Shown: positions 18,321 to 27,856 of the stretch, one piece after another | Numbering within the stretch: position 1 is the first letter of the stretch | Layout: each line of letters opens with the position of its first letter | Source: Armatimonadia bacterium | GTDB lineage: Bacteria > Armatimonadota > Zipacnadia > Zipacnadales > UBA11051 | Assembly: GCA_039683575.1 (NCBI GenBank) | Contig: JBDKRC010000040.1 | Location: 1 to 32,123 of the forward strand | Direction of reading: 5' to 3' | Length of the DNA stretch: 32,123 nucleotides | The notes under the pieces: model-generated | The model's input: only the letters and a program-made list of their open reading frames with translations | The model's database searches: none | What the model was told of the DNA's origin: nothing | Position numbers and translations under genes: made by a program

Positions 18321-18382
18321 TGTGGGAGGGTGCGCCGGATCTGCGACCATTAGCCTGGGTCAGAACCGGCAGCCCTCCCACA
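18321..18382. repeat. GTGG-type REP-like long hairpin
   Basis: TGTGGGAGGG…GCCGG…GACC / GGTC…CCGGC…CCCTCCCACA, intergenic. Confidence 0.6.
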
Positions 18383-18447
18383 TATTGTATGTGCCCGGCG
18401 GCGCGCCGCCGCCGCAAGCAATCCCCGGTAGCGAGGGAGTGGCCACG

Positions 18448-19239
18448 ATGCGTCTGAAGGGCAGGATCGCAGTCATCACCGGGGCCGGGAGCGGGATCGG
18501 TCGGGCTATTGCCGAGCGCTTTGCAGCCGAGGGTGCGCAGGTGGTCGTGGCTGAGATTGATCCGGCCAGGGGCTCTGCGGTTGTCGATCTGATCCGCTCA
18601 CGGCAGCAAGTCGCGCACCTGTGTGTATGTGACGTGACGCGGGTGGAGCAGGTACAGGCTCTGGCTGATTTCGTGTCAGGCGAACTGGGTGGCATCGATA
18701 TCCTGGTCAACAATGCCATCTCCAGCTACGAGTTGGTGCAAGACAACTCCTGGACGGTAGTCGAGGTTGCTTTGCGCGGCACATGGAACTGCACACGGGC
18801 AGTGCTGCCCGCGATGGTCCGACAGGAGTCGGGCAGTGTCGTGAACGTTTCCTCGATCAACGCACTGATGAGCTTTGGGCCCGAGCACCTCTACACTGCG
18901 GCCAAGGGCGCCATTGTGAGTCTTACCCGCTCTCTCGCCGCCGAGTATGGTCGCCACGGCATCCGCGTCAACGCCCTTTGTCCCGGGAGCACGGAAACAG
19001 AGCATTGGGAGCCGATCAAGCAGGCAAACCCCGGCGTCGTTGACAGCATCTCCAAACTCTATCCTCTCGGTCGCATCGCCCAACCCTCAGAGATCGCCAA
19101 CGCCGCACTCTTTCTGGCCTCGGACGAGGCCTCGTTCATTACGGGCTCCGTCCTCGTCGTTGACGGGGCATTACCGCGAGCCAGATGGCCTTCAGCAAGA
19201 CGTGAGCCCGCTGCGTCAAATGCGAATCGAGACTTCTAG
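18448..19239 (+). CDS. SDR family NAD(P)-dependent oxidoreductase; C-terminus probably frameshifted, true stop about 19205
   Basis: TGAGSGIG, NVSS, YTAAK and GIRVNALCPG motifs. Start at ATG 18448 after GAGGGAG. Confidence 0.9.
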   Translation: MRLKGRIAVITGAGSGIGRAIAERFAAEGAQVVVAEIDPARGSAVVDLIRSRQQVAHLCVCDVTRVEQVQALADFVSGELGGIDILVNNAISSYELVQDNSWTVVEVALRGTWNCTRAVLPAMVRQESGSVVNVSSINALMSFGPEHLYTAAKGAIVSLTRSLAAEYGRHGIRVNALCPGSTETEHWEPIKQANPGVVDSISKLYPLGRIAQPSEIANAALFLASDEASFITGSVLVVDGALPRARWPSARREPAASNANRDF

Positions 19240-19258
19240 TGATTCCAGGAGGTGCGGG

Positions 19259-22141
19259 ATGTTGCGATACCTGTCGGCAACAGTCGCGCTGATGCTGGCA
19301 AGCAGCGGCTTTGCGGCGGTGGACCTGTACGTGGCTCGAAATGGCAATGACGCCGCCGCGGGTACGCTGCAGGCTCCCTTCGCCACCCTTGAGCGCGCAC
19401 GGGATGAGGTGCGCAGACTGAAAGCCGCAGGTCCCACCGGGCCGGTGACGGTATGGGTCGGTGGTGGCATCTACGAGCTATCCAAGCCCTTTGCCCTCAC
19501 CGCCGGGGACCGGGGCACGCCGCTACAGCCGGTCGTCTATCGCGCCCTGGACAACACTCCCCTGGTCCTGGTGGGCGCCCGCCGGATCAGCGGCTTCAAG
19601 CCGTGGAAGGGCCAGATCCTGCAGTGTGATCTCAAGGGCACGGCACTTGAGGGTGTGGTCTTCCGCCAGCTCTTCTGCAACGGCAAGCGCATGATCATGG
19701 CCCGCTACCCCAACCATGACCCGAACGATCCGCATGGTGGCGAGTGGGCCTACGTGCTTAGCTCCGAGCCGGTTTCCGACCATCAACCCCGCTCCACGTC
19801 GGATACCGTGGCGCGATCCAAAATGGCTTTCACGGCGATGCCCGGTGTGGTCAAGCCGACATGGGAGAAGGTGGAGCAGGCTGAAGTCGGCATCCATCCC
19901 GCCTACGGCTGGGCCTGGAACCTGGTGCCGGTGAAGTCCGCTGACCCGGCCACCGGGGTCATCACGTTCGCGCGGCCGGTTGGGTATGGCATCATGGTTG
20001 GTGACCGCTATTTCATCCGGAACCTGCTGGCGGAGTTGGACAGCCCCGGCGAGTGGTACCTGGACCGCGAGGCAAAGACGCTGTATTTCTGGCCGCCGGA
20101 GCCGCTGTCCGAGCGATCGGTGGTGCTCGCGCCTGTGACCTCAAGCATCGTCACCCTCGACGGCGCTGACAATGTGACGCTGCGGGGCTTCACGATCGAG
20201 GCCTGCGACGGTGACGCCGTGAAGATGAGCAAATGCGAGGGCAGCATCATCGGCGGGTGCACCATCCGCAACTGCGGGGCGTGGGCGATCACGATCGCCG
20301 ACAGCCGCAACTCAGGCGCCAGTGGCAACGACCTCTACGCGACAGGCGCCGGTGGCATCAACCTCAATGCCGGCGACCGCAAGACCCTGACCCGTGGAGA
20401 CTGCTTTGCCGACAACAACTACATCCACCACATCGCGGAGTTCCAGAAGACCTACAACACGGGCGTGAACCTCGGTGGCGTGGGCAACCGCGCCAGCCAC
20501 AACCTCATCCACGATACCTACCACCAGGCGATCCTGATGGGCGGGAATGACAATACCGTCGAGTACAACGTCATTCACCACACCAACCTCGGCTCGGAGG
20601 ATACCGGCGGGCTGTACATGTCCTCGCGTGACTTCACCATGCGGGGCAACGTCATCCGACACAACATCTTCCACCACCTTGGTGGCTTTGGCAAAGCCAA
20701 CTCGTGGGCTCCGGCCAAGGACAACAAGGTCAAGTTCGAGTATCCCCACTTCACCTGGGGCATCTACCTCGACGCTCCGGAGTCCGGTGTGACGGTGTAT
20801 GGCAACGTGCTGTACAGCGTGCCGGTGTGCGGGATGCTCAACCACAGCGGCAGTGACAACACGTGGGAGAACAACATCATCGTCGACGCGCCGGCCTTCC
20901 GCGCCAGCACCTGGGACCCCAAGGACCTCCAGGTGCTTTCGTACAGCTACCTTAAGAAACTCGATCAGCAAGGTCTCCTAGCACTTTACCTGCAGCACTA
21001 CCCGGAGCTTAAGGCCTACCAGGAGAACCCGCTGCGGCATAACACGATGTTTGGCTGCAAGTTCGTGCGGAACATCTGCTACTACACGCCAACCGGCGGC
21101 CAGTGGCTGCGGGACCACAACAAAGCGTGGGGTGGGCAGTTGGTCTGGACGTACCGCGGCCACAAGGATGACTTCCCGCTGTTCAAGTTCGACTACAACT
21201 GCGTCTACGGCCCCCAGGACCTGCCGCTCAAGTTCTCGCTCTCGCCCTACCCCGACCCCTCGAAGATGCTGACGTGGGACGAATGGCGGCAGACCGGGCA
21301 GGACGCGAACTCGATCTATGCCGACCCGGGGTTCGTGAATCCGGCCAAGCATGACTACCGGCTGAAGAAGGACTCGCCGGTGTTCAAGCTCGGGTTCAAG
21401 CCGATTCCGTTTGAGAAGATAGGGCCGTACAAAGATGAACTGCGGGCGACCTGGCCGGTGGTCGAGGCTCCCGGCGCGGCGGCCCTGGGCGACTTCACCA
21501 CGGAGCGTTACTTCGTGCTGCCCGGCGGTGAGAAAGCCTCCCAGCGCGTTCCTGCCGAGTATACCGCGCCCCGGCGCTCAGACGTGAAGGTGGATGGGGT
21601 GCTGGGGGAGTGGCCATGGGGTGATACCAAGGCCCTGATGGAATTGCGCGAGGAGTACAGTGGCGGCACGACGGCGGGGTTGCCGAGCCTGGCCTGCGCC
21701 GCGTATGACGATGAAGCTCTCTACATCGCGGTACGCAACCCAATGCGCAGGCCCGACGCTCTGGTCATGAGCGGGGCATGGGGTGGACGTGACGGGCTGG
21801 AGATCGCATTCCAGGATGCTGAAAGCAAGCAGGCTCCGATCCTGAACCTCTACGGTTACCCGGACGGGAGCCTTGAGAGCGTGACAACGGCCGGAGCCAG
21901 CACCGCACAGGCGGAGAAGCTGGGGAAAGCGACCGAGTACCGCGCGCGGCGGTACGAGGGCGGGTGGGAGTGCGAATGGCGGATACCGTGGGCGGCGACG
22001 GGGATCGATCCGGCGAAGGTCAAGCGCCTGCGCTTCAACCTCGGCGTCCGCAAGATGGAAGACAACGCGTGGGTCATCTGGCGGGGGACGGGCGGGTACA
22101 CCTTTGACCTGCCGAACGCCGGAATGCTGATCCTGAAGTAA
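19259..22141 (+). CDS. Secreted right-handed parallel beta-helix protein (GH141-like) with C-terminal CBM9-like domain
   Basis: AGGAGG RBS and signal peptide. N-terminus LYVARNGND..GT..APFATLERARD, then ELDSPGEWY, Asn-rich PbH1 repeats and DTGGLY. C-terminus VDGVLGEW…AYDDEALY…EWRIPW. Confidence 0.8.
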   Translation: MLRYLSATVALMLASSGFAAVDLYVARNGNDAAAGTLQAPFATLERARDEVRRLKAAGPTGPVTVWVGGGIYELSKPFALTAGDRGTPLQPVVYRALDNTPLVLVGARRISGFKPWKGQILQCDLKGTALEGVVFRQLFCNGKRMIMARYPNHDPNDPHGGEWAYVLSSEPVSDHQPRSTSDTVARSKMAFTAMPGVVKPTWEKVEQAEVGIHPAYGWAWNLVPVKSADPATGVITFARPVGYGIMVGDRYFIRNLLAELDSPGEWYLDREAKTLYFWPPEPLSERSVVLAPVTSSIVTLDGADNVTLRGFTIEACDGDAVKMSKCEGSIIGGCTIRNCGAWAITIADSRNSGASGNDLYATGAGGINLNAGDRKTLTRGDCFADNNYIHHIAEFQKTYNTGVNLGGVGNRASHNLIHDTYHQAILMGGNDNTVEYNVIHHTNLGSEDTGGLYMSSRDFTMRGNVIRHNIFHHLGGFGKANSWAPAKDNKVKFEYPHFTWGIYLDAPESGVTVYGNVLYSVPVCGMLNHSGSDNTWENNIIVDAPAFRASTWDPKDLQVLSYSYLKKLDQQGLLALYLQHYPELKAYQENPLRHNTMFGCKFVRNICYYTPTGGQWLRDHNKAWGGQLVWTYRGHKDDFPLFKFDYNCVYGPQDLPLKFSLSPYPDPSKMLTWDEWRQTGQDANSIYADPGFVNPAKHDYRLKKDSPVFKLGFKPIPFEKIGPYKDELRATWPVVEAPGAAALGDFTTERYFVLPGGEKASQRVPAEYTAPRRSDVKVDGVLGEWPWGDTKALMELREEYSGGTTAGLPSLACAAYDDEALYIAVRNPMRRPDALVMSGAWGGRDGLEIAFQDAESKQAPILNLYGYPDGSLESVTTAGASTAQAEKLGKATEYRARRYEGGWECEWRIPWAATGIDPAKVKRLRFNLGVRKMEDNAWVIWRGTGGYTFDLPNAGMLILK

Positions 22142-22168
22142 CCACTCGTGCGGCCAGGCTGCGATGCC

Positions 22169-24154
22169 CTAGTACAGAATCTTGTGGTCCCGCAGGCCCG
22201 TGAAGCCGTCCAGCACCAGCCAGAACCCGCCCGCGGCCATCGCCCCGAGGATCAGCCCCAGGAAGAGCGGCCGCGCGGACTGGTAGCCCTTGTGGCCTGA
22301 GTACCGGAGGATCACCGTCTGCAGCGCCCACCCGATCATCACCGAGAACCACTCTTTATGCAGATATGTGACGAAGGACATAGCGTAGCCGACCGGGTGC
22401 AGCGGCCACCAGAGGAAGTAGGTACGGCACAGGTTCAGAAGCAGCAGCTTGCCTGCTCCGTAGCCGATGACCGCGAGAGTAGCGAAGTCGATGTAGGGGT
22501 GCGGCGTCGTTACCGCCTTCTCCATGAACAGCCCCGGCTGGCGCGCCAGACTCACAAACCTGTAGGTGTTGATCGCCACGCCGCCATGCAGGTATGAAGC
22601 CTTCAGCAGCGCCCACAGCGACACCGGAAGCGCGATGAGCACGGTTAGGCCCAGGGCCTTCACCAGATCCTGATTCGAGGTCTTCGTCTCCGCCGTCATC
22701 TTGAAGGACTGCATGAAGCGCGGCATCGGCGAGACGCGTAGATCGTGCGAGAAGGTCAGCAGCATCCCCGTCGCCACGAGTTGCGGCACCCGCAGTGAGC
22801 CCTGCGGGAACAGTGACATGATGAGGTTGTGGCCGCGGTACTCCGGCTCCGCGCTCCACGGCATCCCCGCCTCCGCCACCAGCCTAGTCATGGCCAGCAG
22901 ATAGACGAAGGACATGCCCAGCATCAGTAAGGTGGGGAAGAGGGGCATCCCCGCGAACAGGCACCAGATCACGAGCCCCACGAAGCCCACCGCTCCGCCG
23001 TACAGCGCCACTCTCCGCGGCAGCCCCGAGCGCAGCGCGAACCTATCATCCGCCTCGCCCCGCAGCGCCGCCAGCAGGTTGTGCCGCGCCACCCAGATGC
23101 TCACACCAGCCAATCCCAGGTAGGCGCCGGCCGTCTGTAGTCCCGGGAAGGGGAATGGTTCAGGATGTGTGGCCGTGCGCAGCGACTCGATCCCCAGCGA
23201 TGTCCCCAGGATAGCTTCGAGCTTGCCGAACCAGTAGAAGGCCCAGAGGCTGAACGAGATCTCGCGGGTGAACAGGAAGCTCAGCCCGATGATGAGGGGG
23301 AGGATGGCGAGACGGAGGCCATTGAGCGGCGTCCAGGGCTTGCCCAACGTGCCTTGCCCGAGTGGCATGCCCCACAGGAATATGTCCGCCTGCGGGATCT
23401 TGGCGAAGTAGTCATGAAGGCCGGTATAGATGTGCGGCGCGGCCCCCAGGGCGATCCCCATCCACACGAGCTTGTTGCGGAAAAAGCTGTTGAACACATG
23501 CCCCGGCTCGGGCTCCTCTATGATCTTCAGCGGTACTATGACCAACGGAAAGAGCAGTCGCTCATGGTCTACCCACTGCCGCTGAAACAACGCCACGCCA
23601 CAGAGCATCACCCAATAGGCGAGCACAAAGAACAATGACCACGAGGACAGCGGGCCCATCCACGCGCCCCACGGCGGAGGGTGCGGTGAGGCCTCGAACA
23701 TGCCCTTGACCACGCCCGCGTCCTGCGGCGCGAGCCACGGCTTGATGTAGGGCAGGAACAGGCTCTCGTAGCGGTTCTCGTCACTGGCGTAGTAGAGCGG
23801 CCCGGCGATCATCGGTGGCAGCTTCTGCGCGATGTCGATCGAGGCGATGCCGATAGCCAGCGAGAGCATTGACCAGATGATTACAAGCTCTCGCGAGGAT
23901 AGCGCCAGTTGGCGCCGTATCAAGTACAGCGGCCACTGGAACAGGATGATGAACGCAAAAAAGACGAGGAAAGCGCCGATAGGGGGATATGTCAGCGAAA
24001 TCTGCGTGCCGTGGATGACCAGCTCCGCGTACTGGCTCCAGATACTGATGAACACAACGAGCAGGCCGCCGATGATGGCCGCCCGCCAGGTAAAACCACG
24101 CATATTGGTCGCCGGCGCAGGCTTCGCGGCCGGGCTTTCTACTGGGTCATGCAT
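22169..24154 (-). CDS. DUF6785/DUF6784-type polytopic membrane protein, paralog 2
   Basis: 661 aa. Motifs QRQWVDHERLLFP, RLVAEAG and WWPLHPVGY, homologous to 11480-13474. Confidence 0.8.
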   Translation of the reverse strand: MHDPVESPAAKPAPATNMRGFTWRAAIIGGLLVVFISIWSQYAELVIHGTQISLTYPPIGAFLVFFAFIILFQWPLYLIRRQLALSSRELVIIWSMLSLAIGIASIDIAQKLPPMIAGPLYYASDENRYESLFLPYIKPWLAPQDAGVVKGMFEASPHPPPWGAWMGPLSSWSLFFVLAYWVMLCGVALFQRQWVDHERLLFPLVIVPLKIIEEPEPGHVFNSFFRNKLVWMGIALGAAPHIYTGLHDYFAKIPQADIFLWGMPLGQGTLGKPWTPLNGLRLAILPLIIGLSFLFTREISFSLWAFYWFGKLEAILGTSLGIESLRTATHPEPFPFPGLQTAGAYLGLAGVSIWVARHNLLAALRGEADDRFALRSGLPRRVALYGGAVGFVGLVIWCLFAGMPLFPTLLMLGMSFVYLLAMTRLVAEAGMPWSAEPEYRGHNLIMSLFPQGSLRVPQLVATGMLLTFSHDLRVSPMPRFMQSFKMTAETKTSNQDLVKALGLTVLIALPVSLWALLKASYLHGGVAINTYRFVSLARQPGLFMEKAVTTPHPYIDFATLAVIGYGAGKLLLLNLCRTYFLWWPLHPVGYAMSFVTYLHKEWFSVMIGWALQTVILRYSGHKGYQSARPLFLGLILGAMAAGGFWLVLDGFTGLRDHKILY

Positions 24155-24185
24155 GCTGCAAGGTCTTCCTGCCTGTTTCGGTGCC

Positions 24186-25307
24186 TTAGTCTCTGCCGCT
24201 CTTCAACATCCCCACCAGCCACTCGGCTGCCTGGCCCATGCCGCTGATACTGCACATCTCGTCGAGGGTATGCGGGTCGCAAGCCCCGGTCGCACAGATG
24301 ACCGCCGGGATGCCACGCTCGTTGAAGACGTTGGCGTCGCTGCCCCCGCCGCCGATCTTGTACTGCACCGGCAATCCAAGCTTTAGCGCTGCGCGCGCCG
24401 CGACCTGCACCACTTCGGCATCCTCGCTGAGATGGAAACTCCGGTACGAGGACTGTGTGTCTTCCTCCAGCCGCGCCTGAGGATAGCGAGCTACAGCTTC
24501 CTGGAAGCACTGCCTCATGTGCGCGATCTGTGCGGCGAGCTTGGCTTCGTCGTGACTCCGCGCCTCGCCCCATACCTCGCAGCTCTCCGGCACTATATTG
24601 CGCGCCGCCCCGCCCTCGATGCGGCCGATATTCGCGGTCGTCTCCTGGTCGATCCGGCCGATCTTCATCGCAGCGATGGCCTGCGCGGCGATCTGGACGG
24701 CGTTGACGCCCTTCTCGGGGCAGACGCCTGCATGGGCAGCGAGGCCCAGCACGCGCCACGTCATCTTCGCGGCGCTCGGGGCGGCGACCGTCAGGCTACC
24801 GACCTCGCGACCGCCGTCGAACACCAGCGCATAGTCGGGGTTGACCAGCGAGTAGTCCAGCCCCTGCGCCCCATGAAGGCCGATCTCCTCGGCCACGGTG
24901 AAGACAACCTGCAACTCGCCGTGCGAAAGGCCCTGCTCCATGACTTCGCGCAGCGCGGTCAGGATGATCGTTACGCCGGCCTTGTCGTCAGCACCGAGAA
25001 TCGTGTCGCCTACGCTGCAGAGCATGTCGCCCTTGCACCCGACCTCTATGCTGCAGCCAGGTGCCACTGTGTCTATGTGGGCGTTGAGCATCACCGTGGG
25101 CATCGAGGGATCGGTGGCCGGGACGATCGCGATGACATTGCCGGTGCGGCTGCCGATATGCTCGCCGGCCTGGTCACGCTGTACTGTCAGCCCCATCGCT
25201 TCGAGTTTGCGCGTCACTGCCAGCGCCATCTGCTCTTCCTGCCCTGAGAGGCTGTCAATCCTGACCAGTTCCTCAAACTCCGCGCGCATCGCTTGTGAAT
25301 CAATCAT
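24186..25307 (-). CDS. M20/M25/M40 metallopeptidase, peptidase T-like
   Basis: NAHIDTV, LGADDKAG, VAEEIG, AAHAG..PEKG and PHTLDE. AGGAGG at 25317-25322 favours a start at 25307 or 25310. Confidence 0.9.
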   Translation of the reverse strand: MIDSQAMRAEFEELVRIDSLSGQEEQMALAVTRKLEAMGLTVQRDQAGEHIGSRTGNVIAIVPATDPSMPTVMLNAHIDTVAPGCSIEVGCKGDMLCSVGDTILGADDKAGVTIILTALREVMEQGLSHGELQVVFTVAEEIGLHGAQGLDYSLVNPDYALVFDGGREVGSLTVAAPSAAKMTWRVLGLAAHAGVCPEKGVNAVQIAAQAIAAMKIGRIDQETTANIGRIEGGAARNIVPESCEVWGEARSHDEAKLAAQIAHMRQCFQEAVARYPQARLEEDTQSSYRSFHLSEDAEVVQVAARAALKLGLPVQYKIGGGGSDANVFNERGIPAVICATGACDPHTLDEMCSISGMGQAAEWLVGMLKSGRD

Positions 25308-25331
25308 CACGGCCACCCTCCTGTGTCCCGA

Positions 25332-25961
25332 TTACTGCTTCACGTACACCTTGCCCTGGTCCTTGAGGTGGTCGCCATTGGCCACCAACTCAAAGCGCCC
25401 GACTTCCTGCCCGGTCTCATGGTCCACGATCATGATGGTTCGTGTCGCCGCCGTCTGGCTCGGCTGAGCCACCGCCGGGGCCGCCACCATCTTCCGGAAG
25501 GCTCCCAGGTCCAGCTTGGTGCCTGGACAGGTCTTGTTCTGAAATTCCCGGTGAAAACGGATATTCGCCTGCGTGAGCTTGAAGCGCTCCACCAGCATCC
25601 GCACCAGCTCAACCATGCGTGGCAGGCCACAGCGGGCCGGGTCCTCGACGTCGAAATTGCCCAACAGCACGACCCCGATAGTGTGCTGGTTGCGGTTCAG
25701 GACATGCGCCCCCGACCGCGTCACCGGCCGCAGCTTCCACAGCGTCCCGTCAGGCCCGACGCCGTAGTGGTACCCGATGTCAGACCAGCCTCGCTCGCCG
25801 GTGTGGTACCTGCGGATCGCCTCCCAGGTCGCCTTGCCCTGGTACTGCGCCGCCGTGGGGGCCCACGTATGGTGCACGACCACTTCCTGTATGCCCCGTG
25901 TGACCCTCGTCTTTGCCAACTCCGCCTTCAACTCCGCCAACGACACCTGCTCAATCGCCAT
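25332..25961 (-). CDS. N-acetylmuramoyl-L-alanine amidase (Amidase_2/PGRP fold)
   Basis: VVHHT, GWSDIGYHY, GAHV and HREF..KTCPG zinc-ligand motifs; no signal peptide. Confidence 0.9.
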   Translation of the reverse strand: MAIEQVSLAELKAELAKTRVTRGIQEVVVHHTWAPTAAQYQGKATWEAIRRYHTGERGWSDIGYHYGVGPDGTLWKLRPVTRSGAHVLNRNQHTIGVVLLGNFDVEDPARCGLPRMVELVRMLVERFKLTQANIRFHREFQNKTCPGTKLDLGAFRKMVAAPAVAQPSQTAATRTIMIVDHETGQEVGRFELVANGDHLKDQGKVYVKQ

Positions 25962-26042
25962 CTTCGCCACCCGCCTGTTTGTAGTACGCTTCCATATAAG
26001 CAGGTACACGAACGGCGGATTTCGGCCAAAAACTTCCAGCAG

Positions 26043-26070
26043 CAAGCGCGGGCGGCCTCGCCCGCGCTTG
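26043..26070. terminator. Perfect 12-bp GC-rich hairpin downstream of the prepilin pair
   Basis: CAAGCGCGGGCG-gcct-CGCCCGCGCTTG. There is no clear U-tract, so it may be a REP or stability hairpin instead. Confidence 0.4.
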
Positions 26071-26140
26071 TCAAAGCGCCGCTGCGCACCCGGCTGCGAA
26101 GCCGTGCGCGCAGTATTCTACTATTTAAGCAACTAATAGA

Positions 26141-26863
26141 TTACTCGCCCGCTCCGGTCCAGAACAGATTAGCTCCGACTTGCGTCCTGTCGGCCATGTT
26201 TCCGATGGCAGGGATTGGGCCACCGGTGTTTGTGGACCAAAAGCGACTGAACTGCAGCCACTTGGCATGTCCGTCATAGTACGCAACGTTCAGGCCGTCG
26301 TTATGCCGGTCTGACATCCGGTAGCCCCCGGTAGCAGTGCGCTCCGGCGTTTGCTGACTGTAGGGGGGCCAGCACCAGTCCTCCGTGCTGACAGAGCCAT
26401 CGGCGATGAAGAAAGTCGAGACCGCGTTGATCTGCCCCTCTTTAGTGCTGACATAGGTGTCCTGCCCGTCAATCGGGTTCCCTGTGCCCGCACCAGCGAT
26501 TGCTGAAGCATTGAGGTGATAGCTCAGGGCGCGGTTGGTCGTGCTGGTCGAGGGACAGATGAAGATCTGATTGTTCTTCACATACGGCTGCAGCAGCGCC
26601 GGAACGCTTTGCAGGTCGGTGGCGCCATTTGGGTAGAGCGCTGTCGGCGCCTGATACGAGTATCGCCGCCAGCGGATTGTGCACTGGTCATAGTCCGACA
26701 TGTACTGGAGCATGCCCAGCGTGATCTGTTTGACGTTCGACAGACAGCTTGACTGCCGCGCCTTCTCGCGCGCCTTGGCGAACACCGGAAACAGGATCGC
26801 TGCCAGGATCGCGATGATCGCGATTACGACCAGGAGCTCAATCAAAGTGAATCCCCGTTTCAT
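26141..26863 (-). CDS. DUF1559 prepilin-type N-terminal cleavage/methylation protein with H-X9-DG motif
   Basis: [37 protein letters not shown]…CPS…[25 protein letters not shown]. Confidence 0.92.
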   Translation of the reverse strand: MKRGFTLIELLVVIAIIAILAAILFPVFAKAREKARQSSCLSNVKQITLGMLQYMSDYDQCTIRWRRYSYQAPTALYPNGATDLQSVPALLQPYVKNNQIFICPSTSTTNRALSYHLNASAIAGAGTGNPIDGQDTYVSTKEGQINAVSTFFIADGSVSTEDWCWPPYSQQTPERTATGGYRMSDRHNDGLNVAYYDGHAKWLQFSRFWSTNTGGPIPAIGNMADRTQVGANLFWTGAGE

Positions 26864-26967
26864 CCTCAACACCTCCAGGCGGTTAGGCACGGACTTTGCC
26901 GTACCTTGGGTCCAGAGCAGTCAGGTCTTGCACATCGAACAAGTGAGCCCTGCTCAACACTCCGAGA

Positions 26968-27702
26968 TCATTCCGTCGAGCCGGTGAAGAACATGTTCGG
27001 TCCGGCCGCAGTGCGGTTGCCGGCGCGGAAGTTGCCAGCCGGCATCGGAGCACCGGTGTTGAGCGTCCAGCAGACATTGTGCTTCAGCCACTTCGCATGG
27101 CCATCATAGTATGCGACGTTGGCGCCTTCGTTGTGCCGGTCGGAAATCTGATAGTAGCCGGTGGTGTCGGTCGAATCTGGCGTGCGGGCGCAGTAGTAGG
27201 TGGAGACCCAGTCCTCGGTCCGGGCCGCGACAACGCTGCCATCACAGGCGAACATTGTCATGGCTGCGTTGATCTGCCCTTCCTTGGTGCTGGGGTAGGT
27301 GTCCACCGCGTTGATGGCATCCCCTGTCCCCGCTCCGGCGATAGCCTCCACATTGATGTGGTAGCTGAGCGCCCGGCTGGTTGTACTGGCTGAGGGACAG
27401 ATGAAGATCTGGTCGTTCTTCACATACGGCTGCAGCAGCGCCGGCATGCTCTGATAGTCCGCAGCAAGAGGATATGTGCCTCCCGGCTTCTGATACGAAT
27501 ACCGCCTCCAGCGGAGCGTTGTCTGGTCATAGTCGCTGATGTACTGCAGGTTCCCCAGGGCGATCTGTTTCAGGTTGGACAGGCAGCTAGTCTGCCGCGC
27601 CTTTTCACGGGCCTTGGCGAAGACCGGGAACAGAATCGCTGCCAGGATCGCGATAATGGCAATGACTACCAGGAGTTCGATCAGAGTGAATCCACGCTTC
27701 AT
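26968..27702 (-). CDS. DUF1559 prepilin-type protein with H-X9-DG motif (tandem paralog)
   Basis: Same leader, [25 protein letters not shown]. Confidence 0.92.
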   Translation of the reverse strand: MKRGFTLIELLVVIAIIAILAAILFPVFAKAREKARQTSCLSNLKQIALGNLQYISDYDQTTLRWRRYSYQKPGGTYPLAADYQSMPALLQPYVKNDQIFICPSASTTSRALSYHINVEAIAGAGTGDAINAVDTYPSTKEGQINAAMTMFACDGSVVAARTEDWVSTYYCARTPDSTDTTGYYQISDRHNEGANVAYYDGHAKWLKHNVCWTLNTGAPMPAGNFRAGNRTAAGPNMFFTGSTE

Positions 27703-27788
27703 CTCGACACCTCCAGGACGATAGGATACGCACTTCCTCTTCGACAGGCCCCCGGCTGTCACCTGCCCCTGGCGGGCCCGTAGACCAG

Positions 27789-27824
27789 AAAAAAAGCACG
27801 AGCAGATGGGACCTGGTCGTGCTT
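27789..27824 (-). terminator. Rho-independent terminator after grpE
   Basis: Minus strand AAGCACGACCAG…CTGCTCGTGCTT followed by a T-run. Confidence 0.75.
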
Positions 27825-27856
27825 CATGGATCGCTACGTATCGGCGTCTCGAATTG

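Noticed and set aside
18947-19258. Upstream extensions in the ORF track (also 11255, 18322, 26045, 26890, 27762, 28531, 29695)
   Set aside because: The extensions overlap neighbouring genes or promoters. Downstream starts have better RBS and/or give proper signal peptides or family N-termini.
26141-27702. Diversity-generating retroelement TR/VR pair
   Set aside because: Both copies are intact genes with RBS, differences are not adenine-restricted, and no reverse transcriptase is present.
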